Assembly (NCBI GenBank): GCA_016748015.1
Contig: JAAOMT010000710.1
Location: 496,001-560,000, forward strand
Direction of reading: 5' to 3'
From: Geosiphon pyriformis uo1
Taxonomy: Eukaryota > Fungi > Glomeromycota
DNA length: 64,000 nt
Part shown: in pieces, positions 12,795 through 24,000 of the stretch
Layout of the letters: every line of letters starts with the position of its first letter
Position numbering within the stretch: position 1 is the first letter of the stretch
Translations under genes and position numbers: made by a program
Notes under the pieces: model-generated
Databases searched by the model: none
Seen by the model: the letters and a program-made list of their open reading frames with translations, nothing else
Told to the model about the DNA's origin: nothing

Positions 12795-14588
12795 ATGAAA
12801 AAGACTGCTAAAGTTTCTGGTTTTGAGAGTGGTTTTAAAGCGGTTGCATCAAGAAAAAAGAGGAAGAGAGGTGTGTTGGCAGAGGGTGTTGATAACGGAA
12901 GGGTTGCTGCTGAAGTTCCTGGTGTTTGTTCATGGGGTTCGGAGACTGAGGACACTACTGAGTCTGAAAGTGTTGATATGGAAAAGGAGTGTCTGGTGGA
13001 GGAAACCAGCTTTAATTATGGTAAAAGTGGAGCTCTGGCTGGTGGAGATTATGATCAGATGCCCACAAGTTCGAAGGTTAAAACCAAAAAGGCATTGGGC
13101 AAGCCATTGGGGAAAATTGACTTTTCAAAAGATGGTAATGATGATGGTGTTCTCTCGGATGCTCCTCTTGAGCTCCCTCTTTCTGTGAGAAATTTGGTCA
13201 ATGTTTCAGTTAGGAAATCATTCACATTGGATATTGGCTTGGATAAAGTGGCCGACAAATTTTCTCAGGAAAAACTTGTGGTGGTGAGGAAGTTGTTTTC
13301 TGGAATCAATGGTTTTGGGAGGGCATCTACCCCCTCAAAATTCTCAGGGATTATCAGGGCGACATTCACTTCCGAATCGAGTCTAATGAAAGCTACTGAT
13401 AAAGCTGCGAATGTGAAAATCTTAGTAAACGCCGATCTCAAAAAAGCATCTGGGTAATCAGATCGGGCTGTGGTCATAAAAGAAATTCCGGTTGGAACAT
13501 CGGCTGAGGCTGTGTGTGCTGCACTATCCGAGTTTGGAGTTATTAGGACAATCAAGATGCAGTTAATCGGGCTGTGGCAGAAGGCAGTGGTGAAATTCGA
13601 ACAATTGGATCAGGCTGATTTGGCTGTAGCTGAGTGGTCTATTTTAATCGGGAAAGATGCTGTGCATGTGGCTAGAGCTGATTCAGACAAAGAAGCATGG
13701 GATGTTAGGGACCAACATAGAGTGCTGTTCTATACGTTGCCGATGGGAACCAATGCTCATGATATCTGGGACTTTGTTAGATCTGTGGGTGGAAAAACGT
13801 GCATCATTGATCGTCATTCTGTTACGTATGCTCGGGCCAGGTGTGCTGTTGTTTGTTTCGACTCTGCTGAATTATTGGATGCTGCTGTGGGAACCACGCC
13901 AGTACTCAGGGACACCAATCTCTGCTGGTCTTATCTTATTTCTGCTAGATGCACCAAGTGTGAGAAATTGGGTCACACGTCATTGGGTTGTGCAGTTGGT
14001 GGGAAATTGTTTTCTAGTAGTTCACTGTGTAGGGTTTTCTTGGATACAGATAAAAGCAGGCTGGCAACCATCTATGCCAAACACTTGGCTCCGGTTGCCC
14101 GTCCAGTCTCTTTTGGTGGTCTCTCTTGGGCAAAGGTTGCTCGCGGGTCTTTTTTGTTCCCCCTCTCTGGTCAGAATGTTGTGGTAACAAATGGCTCCTT
14201 TTCAGAAATGAAGCCGTCCCAACCAGTTACAATAGAAGTCAACGATAGGTTCGCCGCTCTTGAGCGCAGTCTCGCCAGCCTCGCGGAGCAAGTTGGTAAG
14301 CTGGCTAAGAGGTTGGATGCACTCGGGCCAATGGTTTCCCAGCCTAGCCCTGGATGTCAGCTGTTGGTGACCCCTTCATCACAGGATCAAAGGGCAGATG
14401 TAGTGATGAGTGAGAGTTTGAGTGTGTCCACTAGTGGTGGGAATGTCGCGGGAGCGGTGTCTTTTGATATGTCTTCGGTGTCTAAGCTGGAAAACAGCAT
14501 GAAGTGTCTAATGGAAATGGTTCTGGGTCTTTCGGCCAAAGTGGACAGTTTAGGTGCATTTTCGGTATTTCTACCTCTTACTCAATGA
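12795..14588 (+). pseudogene. LINE ORF1 (RRM-like domains, CCHC knuckle, coiled coil); one internal stop at 13455
   Basis: ORFs 12795-13457 and 13470-14588 are in the same frame; knuckle CTKCEKLGHTSLGC; heptad RFAALERSLASLAEQVGKLAKRL. Confidence 0.88.
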
Positions 14589-17500
14589 GCAGTTTAGTCT
14601 GGAAAGTTGCTATGTGCAATGTCAGTGACATGAACAATCCCACTAAGCAAAAAGACATTATTAGGTGGCATAAGGAAATGAACAATTTAGTCTTTATCAT
14701 TACTAAAACGAAATTAAAGAGTAGGGTTCGTCTGTGAATTGCAGACAAGTTCAACAGTGTCCGAGTGTTCACTTCTGGTTTGGACTCTGGTCACTTGGGT
14801 GCAGGTGTTGCTGTTATCATGAATGTTTCTTTGGCTTGTTATGTGTGCAAGGTTTTTGAGGTGCCTGGTCGGCTCCTTTCCATTAAATTACTTTTTAAGA
14901 GTAAACTTTCTGTGTCAATTTTGGGGCTTTATGTTGGTGCTTCTTTAGTGGTTCGGTTTTCTCAAGCTGGTGAAATCAATTCTCTCATTGCAAAAACTGT
15001 CAATGAATCTTCTTTCATCATTCTCGGTGGCGATTTTAATAAAGACGGCTCTCATAAAAGTGCAAGTTTCAAAAGATGCTTTGATTTGGGTCTGGTCAAT
15101 TCTTTAGTTGGCAGCCTGGCTGCAAAAATGCCCACTTGGGAAAATTCTAGAGGCATTAAGAAAACAATTGATTACGTGTTTGTCTCCTCAAGTCTTGTCA
15201 ATGCGATAGTGCGTCGTGAGATTTTGAATGTCAGTGAGCATTTTAACACAGACCATCAAGCTGTTTCAGTGGATTTGGGTCTGAGTGGGCTCTTGGATAT
15301 GCGTTTGAATTCTCTTCGCAAGCAAGCGAATAAAGATCATTGGAAGTTTGACGTCAAAAGTGCCAATGAAGCTAAGTGGTTGGAGTTCAGGAATGCCTCA
15401 GCTGCTAATGTCTCTATGTTCTCGGATGCTTTCGGTGTGGCAGTAAAATTTTCAGATGTGGACGCTATGTGGGACATTGTTCGCAAGATTATGGTTCTCT
15501 TAGCGGGTGGTATATTTAAGAAAAAATGGTTCAAAGGTTTTGATGGCATGTTTACTAAGACTTCTTCTAGGTTTCACAAGCTGGAGCTGCTGGTTTCTAA
15601 GTTGGTCAAGGCTTCACGTTTGGCTTCTAGTGATGGTTTTGCTTCTTTGTTGGAGGTGTGACACAGACTCGACTCCCCTGGTGCATCGGTGGTTAAGTCT
15701 CTGTTTCTTTCAGGTTTTAATTTTGATCTTATTCGCTCTGCACTGGCCAAAGCTAGAAAATCATACTGCTCCTTCAAGTTAGCGGAATCCAAGTGCGCTG
15801 AGGAATCCTCGATCAAGCAAGCTATTGGTAAGAGAATGGAGAGTTTTGAGCTGAACAAGGGTCACACCATTAGGAGTGTTTTGGAGTGTCCTCTTCACAA
15901 GGTGGTTCTGGATCATTTGGTTGTAGAAGATGAGTTGATTTTAGAGCCTGATTTGGTTAAGTCTAAGGTGGACGAAATTATGGAGGGATGGACCAGAAAA
16001 CGTGAGGTGGTGTCTGACTTATCTGAGGATTGGGCCCGTCAATATTGGCCTCTGGATTACATATTCGATGGTGCTTTCTCTGATGTCATGTGTTTGATTA
16101 GTTTTGATGAGTTGTTAACTGTTGTTAAGGATCTTCCTGATAGAAAAGCGGCTGGTTTTTCTGGTATCTCCAATGAATTATGGAAACATTGTGACAAATC
16201 TGTTTTGAATATGCTTTTGGTGCTCTTGAATTTCTGTTTGGTTGGTGAGTTGGTCCCTGGGTCTTGGAGAAAAGCTTGGGTTTCGATGATTCTTAAACCA
16301 TATGAATGGGAGGGAGTTCTCACGAACACCCATTCTATAGCTTTAATTGAAACGGCCTGCAAGATTCTCTCCAAGATCCTTTCGGATAGAATCTCTCTGG
16401 CTTGCAGCACTTTTGATGTTCTTCGTGGGGACAATTTTTCGGTTTTGAAGGGTACAATGACTCAATCTCCCATTTTTGCTATCAGTTCTGTGGTTGAGAA
16501 TGCCTTGGAAAAGAACCGTGAACTTTGGCTGGTTTTACAGAACATGCGCAAGGCTTATGACTCGGTTGGTTGGGAACATCTTAGAAGGAGTCTAGTCAAG
16601 ATCAAAATGTGTAACAGGTTTATTAGATTTTTTGGCAGTATTCACAATGGTTGTGTCAACAAAGTAATGATTGACTTTGGCTTGACTGATGGATATTGTG
16701 TCCACGATGGGCTGGATCAAGGGGAAGTTTTCTCGCCTCTTCTCTGGCGTATTTTTTATGATTCACTTTTGTGTGAGGTCAAGAGACAGATAGTGTGTAT
16801 GGCTACAGGTTGAATTCTCATTTCATATCAAGGACTGGCCGGGTGGATCCTCGAGCTGGGCTGTCTTCATTTCTTGCTGCTGGCACTTTTGTCAATGATA
16901 CTATCTGGGTTGGTAGCAGCCAGGCTGCTACACAATGCATCCTTGATGTTGCTAGCGAGTTTTTTAGGTTTAACAATATTTCTATAAACAATGACAAAAC
17001 GGTGGCCATCCCCATCAATTGCCGGGTGTTGGATCCTTATTTGACTATCAGTGGGACACCTATTTCCATTGCCAAAAGAGGGGAATTTCATTGCTATTTG
17101 GGTATTTTTTTGTCTTCTGAGGGTCTTTTGAAGCCCAGCTTGGCTAAGGCCCAGGCTGATGTACGGTTCTTTGCGAATCTTGTTTTAAAAAAGGCAATTT
17201 CGGACAAACAGTGTGCATATTTGGTGTCTGCAGTTCTTTTCCCTATCATCAGCTATAGGACTCAGTTCAGTTTCGTTTCTGTTGGTGTTTGTAGTAAATG
17301 GGATGCTCTGGTTTGCAAGGTCTTAAAGTCCAAGTCTGGGTTGCCACATGATTTCCCTAGTGACGCACTTCATCACCCCTCTTTGTACAATTTAAAAACT
17401 TTCGAATAGATACAGGCTGAAAGTAAATCGGCCTCCGTTGTTGCTTTTGCGAATTCTACTGGTGTTTTGGGTCACTTGTTTTCTCATAGGTCTCATGACC

Positions 17501-19272
17501 TTCAGGTTCTCAGCTGGTGTCCTCGTCATCCTTTGCTGTTTCCGGTTCATGTTGGTGTTGGTCCCTCGGATAATTTTTTGGTGGGTGTGGTTCGCATTTT
17601 TTCTGGGTGTGATTTGTCTTTGGGAGGTCCTCTGGATTGTGCTTTTCGTCGTCGGTGTGGTACTTCTATGTCTTTGGTTCTTGGTGAATCCTGTTTTTTC
17701 AAGTGCATCTCTTTGCTCAGACGTTATAGAATTGCTTTCGTGGAACAGCTTTGTGACCATAATAATGATGTTTTCAGTTGGGGTACCTTCAAACGCTGGA
17801 AGAGGCTAGACCCTCGTGGCCCAGTCCCTTTCTGATTTGATCTTTCCATTCGCTTTCTTGGTGGTGTTGTTCCTCTCTCCTCAAGTTCTTCTTTGGTAGA
17901 TAGTCAAGCTATGTCTGATATTCGTCTTTCTCATAATTTTGGTGTAATTTATGACACTTTGCCAACCATTGATGCTGCCCACCTTTCTGTGTATACAGAT
18001 GGGTCTTTTTCTGGTCTGGGCACTGCTGACATGAGAGCAGATGCTGCCGCTTTTTTTGAGGACATTAACTTGGGTTTGGGTGTTGGGGTGTTTGGTTTGG
18101 TTTCTTCTACTCTGATGGAACTGCAGGCCATAGCTTTGGCCCTTGAGTGTGTTCCTTTTTCTCGTTCGATTGACTTGTTCTCGGATAGCCAGGCTGCTTT
18201 AGATGCATGTAGATCGGAGTCTTCGCTGGTTCATCTGGATTTCAGGAACCGTTGTTGGATCAAGCGTTGTCACATTGCCACCGTTATTCGTCAAAAGAAT
18301 TTGGATGTGAATTGGGTTAAGGTGAAAGGTCATTCAGGTGTCTCAGGCAACGAGCATGCTGATAAGCTTGCCAAGAGTGCTGCTCGCTCTGCTTGGCGCC
18401 TACCTCATTTAGTCAGTGAACGTTTTCTATGTGCTGGTGGCACGGCAATTTCTGGTAATTCTAGACACTTTGTTCGTGATGTTTTCTGGTTATTTCACCG
18501 AGCTCGTTGGGAGATTGGAGTGGGTTCTTGTGTTATAGATAATAGTTTGCGTGCTGATGTCAATTGGTCTATGTCTTCTATGGTGTGGCACCCCAATTTT
18601 CACTTGGCATCTAGTTTTACCAGCATGCGCACGGCGGGATGTCATACTTACTTTATGAAGGCTCTCTATCATCGGCTTCCTGTTGTTGTGCACAAGCGTT
18701 TATATGACAGGAGTTATCCCAGTGTGGTCTGTCTGTTTTGTGGTGATGTTGAGACCTCGGATCATGTTTTTTCATGTCCTCAGGATGCCGTTGGCTGTGC
18801 TCGTTTGTTGGGCACACATGCTTCAACTTGGGAGGCTCTTTCTGGCCTTTCTCGCTCTTCTTCATGTGTCTTACAGGCCTTAGCTTCTTGTGTTTCTGAG
18901 GTTAGAGTTAGTGTTGCTCTGTGTAAGGGTTTTGTTTTTGATGAATGGTTTCATAAGTCTATCTCGGTCTTTAAAGATTCTAGGGAGGGTGCTAAAAGGA
19001 TTGTGAGCTTTGTGCATGAGTTTTGTTTAGCATTTCGGGATGATGTTTGGTTGGTCTGGGCCAGACACCAAGCGTTTATGGAGAAGCATGGTTTGATTCC
19101 AAGTGATGGCTCCATTCCTGCTTCGGTTTCTGGTTTGTCTAAGATGCTTTCGGCTGGTGTGGTCAGATTGCTGGAGGTGGCTGAGGCATTTGGTGTTGGT
19201 TTTGGGTTTCGTAAATTTTGTCCATTTTTTTCAGGTATTGGAGATTTGGTTTCTGTGCATATAAGTATATAG
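14585..19272 (+). pseudogene. LINE ORF2: AP endonuclease, reverse transcriptase, RNase H, C-terminal zinc finger; several stops and one frameshift near 16790
   Basis: ATG overlaps the ORF1 stop (CAATGA). APE: GGDFN, IDYVFV, TDHQAV. RT: QNMRKAYDSV, GLDQGEVFSPLLW, FVND (decayed FVDD). RNase H: YTDGS, ELQAI, SDSQ, KVKGHSGVSGNEHAD. Zinc finger: CLFCGDVETSDHVFSC. Confidence 0.93.
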
Positions 19273-20599
19273 TGTAGTCCTGACTGGCCCGAGTGGCTGG
19301 TCACGTGTAGAAAGTGCATGATTCGCACCTAGTTTAGATCATTTGTATGATGTATAGCACTAGGTCGCGTTTGGATCTCACTTATTAAAATATAAAAAAA
19401 AAAAAAAAAATTAAATTAAACTTAACAAATTTCTAAGCTTGTATAATAAAAAATAATTGTATTTAAAATATTAAAATATTATAAGTGTTTTATTATAAGC
19501 ATTAAATTTTTTTATAATAAACAATTTTTAAAAAATTAAAAAGCTTCTTTTAAATTAGATATTTCCAAATTTAATTGTTTTTTTAAGAATTATAAAATAC
19601 TAAATTAATAAAAATTATTAATTAATAGATATTTTTGTTAATTTTATTTAACTTGATAGATTGTACTCTGGTAAAAATCTTGCTATAGTATTTGTAAAGT
19701 ATTATAAAAAACTTAATATTTTTATTAAAATATATTAATATTAAATTTTTTATTATATTTTTATTTACTTTTAATTTTTTTAATTTTTATATATATTATA
19801 AATAATATCTTAAATAACACTTTTTTTTGGCTATTATGTGTTATTTTTTTTTATAGCTATAATAAAACAAAGAATTAATTTTATTAATAAAAGTATAAAC
19901 TTGATTATTTATAATTATAAACATTAATAAATATAAATTTATTTAAAAATTTTATGGTTTTAAATAATTTAAATAATTTTTTTATTATTAAAAACTTACA
20001 TATATTATTTATAAAAAAATAATAATAGCAAAAATAGAAAATGTTAGTATTTTAAAAATTTGCTTTATTAAATATTCTGATAATAATAAAAATAACTTTT
20101 TTTTTAATTAAAAATTTTTATATATATTTTTTTTTAATTAATAGTTGAAGTTATTTGCATAATAATATTTATTTGCCCAAAACTCGAATTCTTAAAACTT
20201 ATAATTATAGTATCTATATGACTAGTATTATTTTTTACAGATCAAAAAAATTATTAATAATAAAACAAAGCTTTAAAATAATTAAATGTTTAATACTTAT
20301 TAATAATAAACCGAAATTTTATTTTTATTTATTATAATTTATAATTCTTTTATAAATTAAAATTATTTTTTTATTGGCCAAAAATCTAATAAAATTTTAT
20401 ATAACTAATAATAAGTCAAGTTAAGTTATAGATTATTAAACTTAATTCAATTTTTTAAAAATAAAAATTTTTTAAATTAAATCTAAGCCAGATTAAGACT
20501 TGACTTAATTCGATTTATTAAAAATTTTATTCTAAATAAAATTATATATCATTTATTTTTGTATGACTTAAAAATATTTATACAAGTACAAATAAAAAA

Positions 20600-21060
20600 T
20601 AAGATGATTTTAATAATATTTTTTTTAAATACTAATAGAATTTTAGATTATTTGTTTAATTATAAGTTTTTAGATTTACAAGTTTTAGGTTAATTTTTTA
20701 AACATCTATTAAATAATTTTTTGGTTAAGATTGTTAAGATTTTTTGTGATTATAATATTTTTTTTTAATAATAATTTGGTTTTTGTATATTATTTTTCTA
20801 ATAATATTTCAGTATTTTTTGTTTTAAAAGAATTGATTTTTTTTAATATTTTTTATTTATTTAAAATATTTTACATTGCTTTTGTTAAACAACTTTATAT
20901 TAAAAAAGAACTTGTTTTTGATTAAAAAAGTTTTTATTATTAAAAAAAATTGGATTCATGAAGTTTAATTTTTTATTGATTTTTTTATTAGTGATTTATT
21001 TAAATAGTAATGTCTTTTAATATATTGTTATATCTTTGACTAATAATTTTTATATAATAT
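20600..21060 (+). mobile_element. Left half of an old LINE relic interrupted by the 21061 copy
   Basis: Remnants GATTTACAAGTTTTAGGT (DLQVLG) and TTGGATTCATGA (LDPR); continues collinearly at 27820. Confidence 0.65.
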
Positions 21061-24000
21061 AAAAACTTCTTTCTCTCCTTCATCCAAAATTCCCAAAAAA
21101 GAGCCAAAAGTTTTTTTGAAAGAAGTTTTTTACCATTCAATACGATAAGTCAAAACTGTTTTTCAATTTTGAGATCACTGTTGATTCTGTTATTGTTGTT
21201 ATAAAGAAGACTATTAAAGTTTTTGGTTTAGAAGGTGGTTTCAAGGCTGTGGTATTAAGGAAAAAAAGAAAAGAAGGTGTATTGAAAGAGAGTGTTGATG
21301 ATAAAAAACTTGCTGTTAAAGCTTCTGGTGCTCGTTCATGGGATTCTGAGACTGGTGACACTATAGAGTCTGAGAGTATTGACATGGAGAAAGAATGCTT
21401 GATTGAAGAAACCAGTGTTGACTATGGTGAAAATGGTACTTTTGTGGGAGGAGATCCTGATCAAACACCAAAGGATTTGCATATGAAGACCAAAAAAGTG
21501 TTAGGAAAGCCACTAGGTGTAATTGATTACAATACTGTTGATACAGAAGATGATATGTTGGATGATTTCTTCTTTTTCCCACCCCTTCTTCCTATCAAGT
21601 CATCCGTTCAGGTGTCTGTTCACAAGTCCTTTGCTTTAGATATTGGTCTTGTGGCCATTGCTGAGAAGTTTTTTTAGAGAAAATTGAGTTTTATCAGAAA
21701 AATTTTTTCAGGTGTGAATGGTTTTGGGGAGGCTTCTACTTCTTCAAAATTTGGTGGAATTATTCATGCAACTTTCACTTCAGAAGAAGCATTGATGACC
21801 ACAGCTAGACTAGCAAATGGTTGTAGTGTTGTGATAAACACTGATCTTAAGCACCCTGACAACAATCATATGAATTGGGCAATTGTGCTGAAAGATATTC
21901 CTGTGGGAACATCTGTGGAGACTGTGTGCATGGCTGTGTTCAAATTTGGGGTGATTAAGATAATCAAAATGCAACTGGTTGGTTTGTGGCAGAAAGTGAT
22001 TATCAAATTAGAAGATCAGAATTAGGCTGATCTGTTAACTGCCAAATAGTCCATTCTAATTGGGAAAGATGCAGTATGAGTGGCCAAAGCTGACATCAAC
22101 AAACACTTGTGAGATGTCCAAGATAGATTTAAAGCTATGCTGTATACTCTCCCTATGAGTACTACTGCTCATGATTTGTGGGATTTTATTGGTTCTGTTG
22201 GTAGGAAGTCCTGCTTTATTGGTCGTGATTCTGTTAGTTATTCTCGCACATGCTGTGCTATTGTGTACTTTGACTCTAAGTCGGATTTGGTTGGTGCTAT
22301 GGTGGCTACCCCAGTTATAAAAGACATTGGTCTCTGATAGTCTTATCTCTCTTAGGCTTCATGTGTGGTTTGCGAAGGTTTTGGTCATATGTCTCTCAGT
22401 TGCCAGTCAGTTAAGAGAGCTGTGGTTCTGGATGGCAGAAAAACTCTCTTTTTGGCTCAGGACCAGTTTAGATTGGCTAAAATTTATGCGAAAAAGTCTG
22501 TACCTATTTCTCATCCTTTGGCTTTTAGCAGAAAAACTTGGGCATTAGTGGTTGGTACTCCTTCCATGCACACTTCTTGTGGTGCTGGTTTGTTTCTTGG
22601 TTCCAATAAAATTGGTGAACCCCTTCTTCTGGTTGTAAGTGACTTGGAATCTTGTCTGGTTAGAATAGAGAGCAGTCTTGTTAGCCTTGTGGGACAGATT
22701 GGTGAATTGGCTAAGAGATTGAAGTCACTTGTGCTGGTGGTTTCCCAGTCTAGCCCTGAATATCAGCTGCTGGTAACCCTCCCATCACAAAATCAAGAGG
22801 AGGATATAGTGATGGAAGTGGATTCAGATAAAGCCACTAGTGACAAAATTGACACAATTGTGAACTTGTTAGCTTTTTTTCACATTGTTAAATTGGAAAA
22901 TATATTGGATGGCCTCTCCAAGTCTGTGATTAGTTTGTTTGCTCACTTCGATAGTTTGGCTTCAGCTGGTAGTGCTGCTTTCCTAATTTCTTTTTAATGA
23001 GTAATCTTGTGTGGAAAGTTGCCACATGCAATGTTAAGGGTATGAATGTTTCTGCTAAACAGGATAACATTGTTCGATGACATAGAGATATGGACAATTT
23101 GGTTTCAATCTTCATGGAAACAAAGTTAAGAGATAAGACTCATTCTTGGTTGGTTGACAAATTTGATGGTGTTCGAGTGTTTTCTTTTGGTTTGGCCTTT
23201 GGCTATAGAAATGCTGATGTCGCAATTGTTATGAACAGATTCTTAGCTAAGCATATGTATAAAGTTTCTGAAGTTCTTGGTTGTCTTCTCTGTATTAAGT
23301 TACTTTTCAAGAATAAACTTTTGGTTTCAATTTTGGGACTGTATGCTAGTGTCTCCTTGGCTGTTTAATTTTCCCAGGCTGATGAGATTAATTCCTTGAT
23401 TGTGAAGACTGTGAATGAATTTTCTTTTGTCATTCTTGGTGGTAATTTCAACAAGGATGGTTCTCATAAGTGCACTAGTTTTAAAAAGTGCTTTGATTTG
23501 GGCTTGGTTAATTCTTTGGGGGAGAGCTCTTTTATTAAGGCACTGACTTAGAGCAATTCTCAGGGTGTTGCAAAGACAATTGATTATGTGTTTGTTTCTT
23601 CAAACCTGGTGAATGCAATAATACAGCGCAGTGTGTTCATTGTAAGTGAACATTTTGATATGGATCACAAAGCTGTTTCTGTGTCTTTGGACTTAAGTGG
23701 CCTTTTGGATATGCAGTTAAACTCTTTTCGCAAGCAAGTGAATAAGAACCATTGAAAATTTGATGTCAAAAATGCAAGTAATGCTAAATTGTGTGAGTTT
23801 AATGAATCTACGGCAGCCAATGCTACCATGTTTTCAGATGAATTCTTTTCAGCCAGTAGGTTTTTGGATCTGGAAGCTATGTAGAACATTATTTGCAAAA
23901 TCATGGTTCTTTCAGCAGATGGAACATTTAAAAAAAGGTGGTTCAAGAGTTTTGATAATGTTTTTATCAAGGTGTCTTCCAGGTTTCATAAGCTGAAATT

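Larger units (their letters stand above)
12656..19410 (+). mobile_element. Full-length two-ORF non-LTR retrotransposon (LINE, APE-RT-RNaseH type), inactivated; poly(A) tail and about 13-bp TSD
   Basis: 5' end AAAACTTCTTTC shared with the 21061 copy; poly(A) at 19394-19410; AAATTAAATTAAA at both 12643-12655 and 19408-19420. Confidence 0.95.

Noticed and set aside
19280-19332. tRNA-like A box (TGGCCCGAGTGG) and B box (GATTCGCACC) in the LINE 3' UTR
   Set aside because: No cloverleaf can be drawn, the B-box-like part is not kept in the other copies, and the hairpin/pseudoknot model fits all copies better.
19273-19390. Hammerhead or HDV ribozyme call for the LINE 3' UTR
   Set aside because: No CUGAnGA/GAAA core and no HDV nested double-pseudoknot pattern could be fitted.
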